Of a stretch of DNA of 64,000 bases, positions 18,440-27,974 are shown in pieces. Source of the DNA: an uncultured Candidatus Poseidoniales archaeon (lineage in GTDB: Archaea > Thermoplasmatota > Poseidoniia > Poseidoniales > Thalassarchaeaceae); NCBI GenBank assembly GCA_902593945.1, contig CACJKA010000006.1, positions 3,471-67,470 of the forward strand, written 5' to 3'. The notes under the pieces are model-generated. The model made no database searches and was not told the DNA's origin. It saw only the letters and a list, made by a program, of their open reading frames with translations. The translations under genes and the position numbers were made by a program. Numbering within the stretch: the first letter of the stretch is position 1; each line of letters opens with the position of its first letter.

Positions 18440-20002
18440 ATGGCAAGCAGTGATTGGTTAGATGTTCGTGGTTGGACAGAATCACTCATAGGTTGGTCAA
18501 TGGACAAAACTCATGACGCCCTCCCCTCAAATGATATAGATTTGCAATTTTCTATTACAAGGCCAAGATGGTTTTTAGAAGAACCAATAGTTATCGGTTC
18601 TGAAATTAATCTTCAGTCCGGATTTGCAGATATCCAACCCTCATTAGAAGCATTCTTTGTTTCAACTATAATGTGTACAGTGGTTTTCGCTACAATGATG
18701 CTGACTTTGATGGTCGTTCCTTACATTGAGAGGAAATTTATTGGCAGATTAATGGATAGAATTGGTGCAACAACTTCATTGAGAAGTTTGTGGATTGGAG
18801 AAGGCCCATCTACAGCAGGAGATTGGTGGAATAAATTACCAATGGGAATGGGGGCTCCAATAGGTATGGTGAATAAGAGTTTAAATTCTGCTTTTGGCAA
18901 TAGTCACCATTTGGAAACAATTGATAGAGTCGGAAATCGAGGATATCATGGAATTTGGTTCTTATTCCCTGGTTTCTTTCAAGCATTGGCAGATTTCCTG
19001 AAGTTCGCCACAAAAGAGCACCTTATCCCTGAAAAGGCCGATAAATTAGTTTTTGAAGTTGCACCTGTGATTATTATTGCAACCACAATAATGTGCTATG
19101 CATTCATTCCCTTTGGTCCGCATATATGGGCCGCTAATCCTGATCTTTCTCTACTATTCTTAATGGCAATTTTCGGAGTTGCTCCTCTTGGAGTATTCTT
19201 TGCTGGTTGGGCATCAAACAACAAATATACATTAATTGGAGGCATGCGTTCTGCAGCGCAATTGACAGCTTATGAGATACCTCTGTTAATTACCGTACTT
19301 TCGATTGCAGTCATTAGTGGTTCTTTCAATATTATCGAGATTGTAGATTTCCAGATTCAAACTTCTGATACATGGAATCTATTTATGCTTCCTCTGGGTG
19401 CTGCACTTTTCTTGATAACAATGATTGCAGAAGTTGAAAGAATCCCATTCGATATGCCTGAGGCAGAAGCAGAACTTGTTGAAGGATGGTGGACAGAGTA
19501 CGGAGGAATCCGTTGGGGACTAATGTTCGCAGTAGAAATGATGAGAGCCTATGCAGCTTGTATCTTATTCGCTATGTTTTTCCTTGGCGGATGGGAGTTC
19601 CCATTCCAAGATACACTTTCTGGCATACCAGTTATTGGCACTATAGTTGATTTGATACCAGGGTTAGTAGTTGTTCTACTCAAAGCTTGGCTACTTTTCG
19701 CATTCTTTGTTTGGGTTCGTGCATCGCTACATAGAATTAGAACAGACCAGATATTAGAGTTCGGTTGGAGATACTTGCTCCCACTTTCAATCTTGAATCT
19801 AGCAATTGCAATGTATCTACGGCTAGAAGTATGGACAGGTACAAGTTGGCCAATATGGGCCCCTCCCGTGATTACAATTCTAGGGATAATTCTGTTTGTT
19901 GTGTATGCAATAGATGAAGACAAAGATGCATTAGAGTACTCAAGAAGGCCGTACAATACCCAAACATTGGATAAAGCATATCCAGGAAGTAGAAGAGATT
20001 AG
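18440..20002 (+). CDS. nuoH: Complex I-like subunit H (extended)
   Basis: ERKFIGRLMDRIG, GWASNNKY, RIPFDMPEAEAELVEG, RIRTDQ. ATG 18440 follows GAGGTGA. Confidence 0.95.
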   Translation: MASSDWLDVRGWTESLIGWSMDKTHDALPSNDIDLQFSITRPRWFLEEPIVIGSEINLQSGFADIQPSLEAFFVSTIMCTVVFATMMLTLMVVPYIERKFIGRLMDRIGATTSLRSLWIGEGPSTAGDWWNKLPMGMGAPIGMVNKSLNSAFGNSHHLETIDRVGNRGYHGIWFLFPGFFQALADFLKFATKEHLIPEKADKLVFEVAPVIIIATTIMCYAFIPFGPHIWAANPDLSLLFLMAIFGVAPLGVFFAGWASNNKYTLIGGMRSAAQLTAYEIPLLITVLSIAVISGSFNIIEIVDFQIQTSDTWNLFMLPLGAALFLITMIAEVERIPFDMPEAEAELVEGWWTEYGGIRWGLMFAVEMMRAYAACILFAMFFLGGWEFPFQDTLSGIPVIGTIVDLIPGLVVVLLKAWLLFAFFVWVRASLHRIRTDQILEFGWRYLLPLSILNLAIAMYLRLEVWTGTSWPIWAPPVITILGIILFVVYAIDEDKDALEYSRRPYNTQTLDKAYPGSRRD

Positions 20003-20013
20003 GAGGTGAAATA

Positions 20014-20982
20014 ATGGATTACAATACAGGACACCCTCATGCAACACCAAATTTTAGAAATTTAGTAATTAAACCTATGTGGATTACTTTGAAAACAGCT
20101 CTTCGGACAGTTCCATATATCGGTAAAGCAAAATTTTTGAAAAATAATTACCATGGTCAGAAAGCAAATCTGGCAGATGAATTTACTTTGGAAAGAATCG
20201 GAGAAGATCATCCTTCTTCTGGACAAATATATGCTGCTGATAGAGAATCATCGCCAGCTCTTCCTTTCCTAGAAAGACCGGTGACAATCATGTATCCATA
20301 TGAAAGACTCGAGGATATGGAACCCTGGCTCTTTGTTCCAGGAAACTATAATGGAAGAATAGGAATTGTTTGGGAAACTTGCACAGCATGTAAAGCATGT
20401 GTGAAAGCCTGTCCCAATGACTGCCTTCACATGACTTCAGAAACTAGAGTCAATGTTCTTGATACAACTGATGAAGGAGATGAGTGGCATGGACTTGGAA
20501 GCGAAATAGAATCTGGAGGTCTAGCAGCTAGGAGAAAAGAGGATTTCGAAGAAATCGAGAGTTTTGATTTAATGCATGAACACACAGCTCCTCCGCAACA
20601 ATATGATTTTGCAGAAGTCATTGATGTTAGTGGTGATAAAGCAACAGTTCGCTGGCAAGACGGCTCAGGCATTGAGTCAGTTGAGATGGCATCTCTAAAA
20701 CCAGCAGAAGTAGATATTGTCTCAGGAAGAATCGATATTGGAAGATGTATGTTCTGTGGTTTGTGCGCAGAAGCGTGTCCTTTCGAATCATTCTTCATGT
20801 CCAATGAATATGATGGAATGTCCGGATATACTAGAGAAGATCTTTGGTTCGATGCAGATCGAACTAGATTACTTCCTGTAGTTCATCAGGAAAGGGTAGA
20901 CATGGAATTAGCTAAGAGAGCTCAGAAAGAGAAAACTAAGCGTGAGAAGAAAGCTGCTAAGGCTGCTCAATCGGAGGCATGA
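20014..20982 (+). CDS. nuoI: Complex I-like subunit I (2x[4Fe-4S]) with large insertion
   Basis: CTACKACVKACP and CMFCGLCAEACP; VTIMYPYE; operon position. Confidence 0.92.
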   Translation: MDYNTGHPHATPNFRNLVIKPMWITLKTALRTVPYIGKAKFLKNNYHGQKANLADEFTLERIGEDHPSSGQIYAADRESSPALPFLERPVTIMYPYERLEDMEPWLFVPGNYNGRIGIVWETCTACKACVKACPNDCLHMTSETRVNVLDTTDEGDEWHGLGSEIESGGLAARRKEDFEEIESFDLMHEHTAPPQQYDFAEVIDVSGDKATVRWQDGSGIESVEMASLKPAEVDIVSGRIDIGRCMFCGLCAEACPFESFFMSNEYDGMSGYTREDLWFDADRTRLLPVVHQERVDMELAKRAQKEKTKREKKAAKAAQSEA

Positions 20983-21257
20983 TTTTTATGGCAATAGATT
21001 TTGAAGCGATTGTTTTTGTTATTCTTTCATCTGCTGCAATTATTGGCGCTTTGGGGTGTGTTTATGCTAGAAGAGTAGCTCATTCTCTCCTCTCGCTTAT
21101 GCTTACATTCCTAGCAGTTGCTGGAGTAATGGTTATGGCCTCCGCAGAAATGTTGGCAGCAATACAAATTTTAGTTTATCTTGGTTCTGTAATGCTTGTG
21201 GTTCAATTCGGTGTAATGCTCACTCGTCGTCAAATTCAAGAAGGTGATATTCAATGA
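20979..21257 (+). CDS. nuoJ: Complex I-like subunit J, N-terminal half
   Basis: AEMLAAIQILVYLGSVMLV. Confidence 0.9.
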   Translation: MIFMAIDFEAIVFVILSSAAIIGALGCVYARRVAHSLLSLMLTFLAVAGVMVMASAEMLAAIQILVYLGSVMLVVQFGVMLTRRQIQEGDIQ

Positions 21258-21526
21258 AAGCACTTTCAGCATTAACGAAACTGGGTCTTTTCGCATTCAT
21301 TTTAGTAATGCTAAACGAAGTAATGTCACATTCAATGTGGGGGTTATCGTCATCTACGCCCCCTTCAACAGTTGATTTCGCACTCTCACTCTATGGGGAT
21401 GAGTGGGCTATTGCAACAGTGATTCTAGGCGCTTTGTTAGCTATGGCTATGGTTGGAGCATCTTACCTTGTACGTGATGAAAGATTAATCAATCTGATTT
21501 GGGATATGGGGGGAGAAGAGTCATGA
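21254..21526 (+). CDS. nuoJ: Complex I-like subunit J, C-terminal half
   Basis: LLAMAMVGASYL matches the last NuoJ helix; own GGTGA SD; ATGA overlap with the upstream gene. Confidence 0.8.
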   Translation: MKALSALTKLGLFAFILVMLNEVMSHSMWGLSSSTPPSTVDFALSLYGDEWAIATVILGALLAMAMVGASYLVRDERLINLIWDMGGEES

Positions 21527-21825
21527 TAGATCCTAGTTGGATTTCTGGGTTAGGAGTGATCCTCTTCGGCATCGGACTTCTCGGTGCTTTTACAAGAAAA
21601 AATGCAATAATTGTATTGATGTGCATTGAAGTAATGTTGAATGCTGCAAATCTTAACTTTGTAGCAGGGGCTTCGCATTATGGGGATGTCGACGGCTGGG
21701 TATTCACTGCAATAGCAATAGCAATTGCTGCAGCAGAAGTTGCAATTGGTCTGGCAATATTACTTTCATTATACAGTACACAGGAGACAATCTCTCTTGA
21801 CGAGGCTAGTATTCTGAGAAACTGA
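21523..21825 (+). CDS. nuoK: Complex I-like subunit K
   Basis: LMCIEVMLNAANLN and AAAEVAIGLA; ATGA overlap at 21523. Confidence 0.95.
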   Translation: MIDPSWISGLGVILFGIGLLGAFTRKNAIIVLMCIEVMLNAANLNFVAGASHYGDVDGWVFTAIAIAIAAAEVAIGLAILLSLYSTQETISLDEASILRN

Positions 21826-21835
21826 GGTGATTTTG

Positions 21836-24133
21836 ATGGGTGAAACAAAAAATGAGTACAGGCTTCTCTTTCCATTATTGCCGTTTTTAGCAATCGTTCC
21901 TTACCTGGCTTTACAAGGTGAAAATTCTTCTACTGATTTTGCTTGGATGATAGTAGTAGCACCTTTTATTGCCTTTCCAATTATTCTAATTAGTGGACAA
22001 GTGTATAATAAAAATGAAACATGGAAAAATACATTCAAGGAAGGAGGAATATTAGGTCTAGCAGCACTCTTAGTATCCTTATCTACTACAATATGGATTG
22101 TCTATGATTATCTTATAGGTAGTGCAGATATCAACAATAATGATGTTACAAGTTGGTTAGAGTGGATTTCCTTTGATATTCTTCAATCAGATTACACAAT
22201 GGCACAAAATCGAGTCCTTGGTGTAGGCGTATGGGTCGACTCTTTGACATTGATGCTTCTATTTGTGGCCACATTTTTGTGCTTCTTGATTTGTTGGTTT
22301 GCTATCGGTTATATGACCACAGATCCAATAAATGAGGATAGTAATCATCGCTTTTTCGCAGAGTTTGTACTGTTTAGCCTTGGAATGTTTGGAATGGTTC
22401 TTGCAGATAACTTCCTCTGGTTATTCATTTTCTGGGAAGTTATGGGACTGTGCTCTTATTTATTGATAGGATTCTACTATTGGAAAGAAAGCGCGGCTTA
22501 TGCTGCTAAGAAGGCATTTTTGACTACGAGAGTTGGAGACGTCTTCTTAATGGTAGGATTGTTGATTCTATACGACATCTATGGTTCTCTAGATTTCGCA
22601 GTTGTTTTTGATGACCCCTCAACAGGTGTTGGCGGTGCTTTAGTCGATTCAGGCGAGTTATTTTGGGCTTTAATGATGTTATTTATTGGTGCTGTTGGTA
22701 AAAGTGCTCAGTTCCCATTACACGTATGGTTACCTGATGCGATGGAGGGTCCAACCCCTGTATCTGCCTTAATTCACGCAGCTACAATGGTTAATGCCGG
22801 TTTATACTTAGTTGCAAGATTAATGCCATTTGTTGATGTTCATCATCATGGTGTTTCAGGATTAGAAGACTTTGGATTGATTGTAGCTTGGATTGGAGGT
22901 ATTACTGCATTTATGGCTGCTTCTATTGCCTTTGTTCAGAATGATATCAAGAAAGTTTTAGCATACTCTACTATGTCTCAATTAGCATACATATTTACTG
23001 GTTTAGGTTCGGCACTTTATTTCTTAAACATAAACGAATATTATGCAGGATATTTTGTTCTAGGGGCTTCTCTATTCCATTTATTCAATCACGCAATGGC
23101 AAAAGGAATGCTATTTATGGCCAGTGGTTCGGTAATTCACGAAGTTCATCATGCCCATGATCATCTACATCATGGTTCTGACCATGGGCATCATGATTTC
23201 GATCCTCAAGATATGCGAAACATGGGAGGCCTTGCATCTAAATTACCAGTCACAGCCACTGCAATGATGTTCGGTTCAATGTCAATAATTGGGATACCTT
23301 TGATTGGAGGTTTCTGGTCGAAAGAGGGAATAATTGCAAAAACATGGTCTGCATATTTCCATGGCGAGACTCTGATGCTTGGCCCTGCTTTACTGATTCT
23401 TGCAACTGCAGGAATGACCGGATTCTATATGTCTAGAATGTGGTTCATGACTTTTGCTGGAGAACCTAAGAGTGAAGTTGTTGACCATGTTCATGAATCA
23501 ACTCCATGGATTAAGGAACCACTAATTATCCTTACAATAATCACCGCTGTTGGTGGATTTGTATTGGCTGTGTTAGGTGTGGTTGACTTCCTTTCAAACA
23601 AATCAGTAAATCTCTCCTTACATGGTAAACCATTGCTTGATCAAATTATCTATGAATTAGAACATGCATTTTTACCAGAAGATCAAAAACTTCGTATTGT
23701 AGGTTGGATCACAATTTTCCTTTCTTTTATAGTCGGACCAATCATGGCTTCAAGAGTTCATGGTGGGAGACTTAAAGAGGGTGAGAAAGCTAATTTATTT
23801 GTTGGATGGCTAGTCAATCTTTCAGGTAAGTTCGGGAAACAAGATGTTTCATGGTTAGCAGAGTCGCAATTATCAGAGGCTCTTGATAAAAGACTTTATT
23901 TTGATGATTTGTATGAAGGAGTATTAGCACGTACACTAATTCCATTTGCTGATTTTACTGCCTGGTTTGATAGAAATATAATTGATGGCATCATTAAACA
24001 AATAGAATCCAAATCAGTTCTTGGTTCATTTGAGATTCGTAAATTTACTACAGGAAGTGCTGGTGATTATATCTTAATGGCGACCGTGGGTGCTCTCTGT
24101 ATATTCGTATTATTAATGGGGGTGAGTTTCTGA
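21836..24133 (+). CDS. nuoL: Complex I-like antiporter subunit L
   Basis: WEVMGLCSYLLIGF, GKSAQFPLHVWLPDAMEGPTPVSALIHAATMV, KKVLAYSTMSQL. Confidence 0.97.
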   Translation: MGETKNEYRLLFPLLPFLAIVPYLALQGENSSTDFAWMIVVAPFIAFPIILISGQVYNKNETWKNTFKEGGILGLAALLVSLSTTIWIVYDYLIGSADINNNDVTSWLEWISFDILQSDYTMAQNRVLGVGVWVDSLTLMLLFVATFLCFLICWFAIGYMTTDPINEDSNHRFFAEFVLFSLGMFGMVLADNFLWLFIFWEVMGLCSYLLIGFYYWKESAAYAAKKAFLTTRVGDVFLMVGLLILYDIYGSLDFAVVFDDPSTGVGGALVDSGELFWALMMLFIGAVGKSAQFPLHVWLPDAMEGPTPVSALIHAATMVNAGLYLVARLMPFVDVHHHGVSGLEDFGLIVAWIGGITAFMAASIAFVQNDIKKVLAYSTMSQLAYIFTGLGSALYFLNINEYYAGYFVLGASLFHLFNHAMAKGMLFMASGSVIHEVHHAHDHLHHGSDHGHHDFDPQDMRNMGGLASKLPVTATAMMFGSMSIIGIPLIGGFWSKEGIIAKTWSAYFHGETLMLGPALLILATAGMTGFYMSRMWFMTFAGEPKSEVVDHVHESTPWIKEPLIILTIITAVGGFVLAVLGVVDFLSNKSVNLSLHGKPLLDQIIYELEHAFLPEDQKLRIVGWITIFLSFIVGPIMASRVHGGRLKEGEKANLFVGWLVNLSGKFGKQDVSWLAESQLSEALDKRLYFDDLYEGVLARTLIPFADFTAWFDRNIIDGIIKQIESKSVLGSFEIRKFTTGSAGDYILMATVGALCIFVLLMGVSF

Positions 24134-25728
24134 ACGATCCTTTGACAATTCTAACATTGACTCCAATTGGGGTAGGTCTGTTATTGCTGATTCTACCTCA
24201 GTTATTACCTGAAAACTTAGCCTCGTCAATGCGCAGATTTTCTCGTAATGTTAGTTTTGGAGTTTCAATGGCCCTATTTGCATTCGCAACATACCTTTCA
24301 TTTACTACTTTTGGCGGTATTGACTGGCTTGATATTAATATGGGCGAATATGAATTAATGAATGATAAACCGGTCACTCTTATCTCATCAATAGGTGTAT
24401 CTTGGATTGTCGGTGTTGATGCACTTTCACTACCAATGGTTTGGCTAACAGCTCTATTGATCCCCCTATCGATGTTAGTAGAATGGGATGCTAAAGAGGG
24501 GCATATCTTCCATCCATTGATCCTTGTTATGGAAGGCGCTTTACTTGGTGTATTCGTCGTGCTAGACTTGTTTGTATTCTATGTCTTCTGGGAAATGACA
24601 TTGATACCGATGTTCTTTTTGATATTAGTTTGGGGTGGTGAAGATAGAAAATATGCTTCTATGAAGTTCTTCATTTACACGTTCACTGCTAGTGTAATTA
24701 TGCTAGTCGGAATTTTAGTCATGTATTTCCACACAGGAGATATATCTGGAGTATCAGGAACATTAACAGGGCATCACTTTAGTCTTATTGAGATGAATAG
24801 TGAGATGATTCAATCCGAAGGTCTCAGACATTTAGTTTGGATTTTATTATTAATTGGATTTGCAACAAAGATGCCTAGCGTACCTGTGCATACTTGGCTC
24901 CCCGACGCTCACGTTCAGGCGCCAACTGCGGGTTCAATGTTATTGGCAGGTGTAATGCTGAAAATGGGAGCATATGGTTTCCTCAGAGTTGCAGTATCAT
25001 TATTCCCAGAGTCTACAGTTGTTTTCACACCTATTCTAATTATTCTTGGTATGGCAAGTCTAGTTTATGGGGCATTGGTATGTATGGGTCAAACAAATCT
25101 GAAAAGGATGGTTGCCTATTCATCAGTTTCACACATGGGATTAATATTCTTAGGAATTGCAACAATGCAACCATTAGGTATAGCTGGAGCTTTATTCATG
25201 ATGTTTGCTCATGGAATAATTAGTCCTCTGTTGTTCGCAGTTGCAGGTGCTTTCAAACATCATTATCATACTCTAGAAATAGGATCTATGAGAGGAATTG
25301 CACACCATTCTCCATATTTAGCCGCTCATATGATGCTAGGTTGGATGGGCAGTTTAGGGCTTCCATTACTAGCCGGTTTCGTTGCTGAGGTAGCAATTAT
25401 GATTGCTTTCTGGATGAGTTTTGGATGGCTAGTTATTTTACCTGCATTGACATTAATTATTACAGCAGTCTACTATTTGACATCCATGCAGAAGACTATA
25501 TTTGAATCAAACGATAGACATCATGGTATACTTCCAGATTCATTACATGGTGAAGAACCTAGAGACATTACTTGGAATGAAAATACTAGTATGTTCATTT
25601 TAGGAATCCTCACAATTGCTTTTGGTATCTTCCCATTCATATTCTTTGATATGATGTCAGAATGGTCTTCTGAGTTTGTTCGTGAAGTATTACTTAATCA
25701 TTTAATTGAGCAGGGGGTAAAACCATGA
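24130..25728 (+). CDS. nuoM: Complex I-like antiporter subunit M
   Basis: FYVFWEMTLIPM, PVHTWLPDAHVQAPTAGS, LKMGAYG. Start is either CTG 24130 (fits the SD spacing) or TTG 24142. Confidence 0.95.
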   Translation: MNDPLTILTLTPIGVGLLLLILPQLLPENLASSMRRFSRNVSFGVSMALFAFATYLSFTTFGGIDWLDINMGEYELMNDKPVTLISSIGVSWIVGVDALSLPMVWLTALLIPLSMLVEWDAKEGHIFHPLILVMEGALLGVFVVLDLFVFYVFWEMTLIPMFFLILVWGGEDRKYASMKFFIYTFTASVIMLVGILVMYFHTGDISGVSGTLTGHHFSLIEMNSEMIQSEGLRHLVWILLLIGFATKMPSVPVHTWLPDAHVQAPTAGSMLLAGVMLKMGAYGFLRVAVSLFPESTVVFTPILIILGMASLVYGALVCMGQTNLKRMVAYSSVSHMGLIFLGIATMQPLGIAGALFMMFAHGIISPLLFAVAGAFKHHYHTLEIGSMRGIAHHSPYLAAHMMLGWMGSLGLPLLAGFVAEVAIMIAFWMSFGWLVILPALTLIITAVYYLTSMQKTIFESNDRHHGILPDSLHGEEPRDITWNENTSMFILGILTIAFGIFPFIFFDMMSEWSSEFVREVLLNHLIEQGVKP

Positions 25729-27410
25729 ATCTTCCAATTAATACTTCGGAAGCCGAATTAGTTATTCCTGAATTAATCATGCTATTTGGGCTAATAGCAA
25801 TAATTTTAATTCCTAATCTAGGGAATGCAAGTTTCCGTATCCCTCTAACAAGAATTCATGTTCCTGTATTTATCGGAGGCAGTCGTTTCAAGAGTACGAG
25901 TAATCCTAAATTGCCAAATCAAGTTTCATTAATTATTTTTATCTCAGCTTTATTTTTTGGCCTTATGCAGAATTCTTATGGTCCAATAGGAAATACATTA
26001 GAGGTTACTGAATTCAGTCGTTTATTTTCTCTAATATTCATTGCGGCTTTACTTCTTGCTACTATTGCAACTACACACAGGCTTCCTGCTAGACCCAATG
26101 TAAAGCCGCCAAATGATGGAGATAGCGAGAATATTTCTACTAAGAAAATTAATGCTTTAATCGATAATCGTCGCCAAGTTGATTTCCATATTATTCTGAT
26201 TATGGTCGGGCTTGGGATGAGTCTTATGTCAATGGCAACTCATCTTTTCATGCTATTCGTTTGTATTGAATTGGCATCATTATCATCCTACATACTTGTA
26301 GCCTTCCACAAAGAAAGTAAGGTTGGTGGCGAAGCAGGAATGAAGTACTTCATTGTAGGTTCCGTCGCTTCAGCAGTCGGAATTTATGGTATGTCGCTTC
26401 TATATCTATGGAGTGGTGACCTTTCATTAGATGCTCTAGCAATAAAGTGGGCAGAATCATCCTCGATTGATCCTTTAGCAGGAATAGCCGTTGGTTTGAT
26501 GTTGGTAGCATTCGGATTCAAGGTAGGTGCCGCACCTTTCCATCTTGCAGCGCCTGATGCCTATTCTGGGGCATCATCACCCATTGCTGGTTTACTGGCC
26601 ACAGCTTCGAAAGCCATGGGATTTGTTGCTTTAATGAGAATCTTAGTATCAGTTACAATGCCTATTGAAGGTGAAGCTTTCTGGTATACTGCGATTGCTA
26701 TAATTGCAGTTGTTACTATGACATGGGGTAATCTGGCGGCTCTAACTAGTAGTAATCCAAAGAGGATGCTGGCTTACTCTAGTGTATCCCATGCAGGATA
26801 CATGTTAGCAGGTCTAGCAGCTATTGGAAGTGGTCTAGGTTCAGAAGAAGCAATTCAGCTTGTATTAACTGCTATAGTATTCCATCTCGCAGTCCTAGTT
26901 ATTTTCAAGTTTGGAGCGTTCTTGGTTCTCTCTCTTTTAGAAACAGAGGAAAGAGGCCATAGGTTGGAAGATCTACATGGACTTGCCCGTAGAGAGCCAT
27001 TAGTTGCTGGTTCCATGTTCTTGTTCATGCTGTCACTAGCAGGGGTCCCGCCATTGTCTGGTTTCCTGTCAAAGTTCTTGATGATTAATGGAATAGTGAA
27101 TATTTCTGCTGGCACTGGCGCCTCAGATGCAACTTCAATTTTGGACTGGTTAATCAGTGTTGAACCAGTATTTTGGTTGGCTTTTGCAATTGTAATAAAT
27201 TCTGCGCTATCAATGTTTTATTATCTAAGAATTGGATTAGTAATGTTCTTTGAGGAACCAGAAGATAGTAGGGCCATGAAGGATGCCTTCAGTCTAAGAT
27301 TAGCGATTGTCGCTTGTGCAATACTAACAGTAATTCTAGGAATTGGGCCATTAAGTGATTCATTATTAGAAATGGTTGCAGATGCTATAAATTCCTTTGT
27401 TTCTAACTGA
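25725..27410 (+). CDS. nuoN: Complex I-like antiporter subunit N
   Basis: EAGMKYF, FKVGAAPFH, KRMLAYSSVSHAGY, SLAGVPPLSGF. Confidence 0.96.
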   Translation: MNLPINTSEAELVIPELIMLFGLIAIILIPNLGNASFRIPLTRIHVPVFIGGSRFKSTSNPKLPNQVSLIIFISALFFGLMQNSYGPIGNTLEVTEFSRLFSLIFIAALLLATIATTHRLPARPNVKPPNDGDSENISTKKINALIDNRRQVDFHIILIMVGLGMSLMSMATHLFMLFVCIELASLSSYILVAFHKESKVGGEAGMKYFIVGSVASAVGIYGMSLLYLWSGDLSLDALAIKWAESSSIDPLAGIAVGLMLVAFGFKVGAAPFHLAAPDAYSGASSPIAGLLATASKAMGFVALMRILVSVTMPIEGEAFWYTAIAIIAVVTMTWGNLAALTSSNPKRMLAYSSVSHAGYMLAGLAAIGSGLGSEEAIQLVLTAIVFHLAVLVIFKFGAFLVLSLLETEERGHRLEDLHGLARREPLVAGSMFLFMLSLAGVPPLSGFLSKFLMINGIVNISAGTGASDATSILDWLISVEPVFWLAFAIVINSALSMFYYLRIGLVMFFEEPEDSRAMKDAFSLRLAIVACAILTVILGIGPLSDSLLEMVADAINSFVSN

Positions 27411-27454
27411 GCGTCAAGGCTCAACTTCACATAGGTGACTCTAGACGGGTAGTC

Positions 27455-27970
27455 ATGGCTCGTAGAGAGGAGAAGGTTGACGCTGAGCTTTTAGCAAGGT
27501 TAGAATCAGGTAGTGGTGACAAAATAAGGGTGCCTTTACCGAATCGTAAAGTCAACGAAATGTTTGCTATCGCAGATCAGATTTTAGGTGGCAGAAGGGT
27601 AAGAGCAGTCTGTGAAGATGGAGATAGTCGTCTAGCGCGAATCCCTGGGAAAATGCGCCGTAGACAATGGGTTAGAGAAGGAGACTTAATTGTTGTACAA
27701 CCATGGGATTTTCAAGATGAGAAAGCAAATGTAGTAATGAGATATACAAAAACCCAGTCATTATATTTATCAAGAAAAGGAGTCTTGCCTGACATAGTAG
27801 ATTTATTTGGAATGTCCGAGGATATCTCAGAAGTAACTGAAACTAATGATGAGTCGGAATCTATAGAAAATGAAGATTTAGTTGAAGAAGAACAGGAATC
27901 AGAAATTGAGGAACCATCTGTAAGAGACACATCTTCGTTTGACGATGATATTGATTCTTTCTTTGGGTGA
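27455..27970 (+). CDS. eif1a: Translation initiation factor aIF-1A with acidic tail
   Basis: RLARIPGKMRRRQWVREGDLIVVQPWDFQDEKA. Confidence 0.95.
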   Translation: MARREEKVDAELLARLESGSGDKIRVPLPNRKVNEMFAIADQILGGRRVRAVCEDGDSRLARIPGKMRRRQWVREGDLIVVQPWDFQDEKANVVMRYTKTQSLYLSRKGVLPDIVDLFGMSEDISEVTETNDESESIENEDLVEEEQESEIEEPSVRDTSSFDDDIDSFFG

Positions 27971-27974
27971 AATT

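Noticed and set aside
20979-21526. nuoJ as a frameshifted pseudogene
   Set aside because: Both halves have an SD and ATGA coupling, and a split J subunit is known in archaeal Fpo/Nuo operons.
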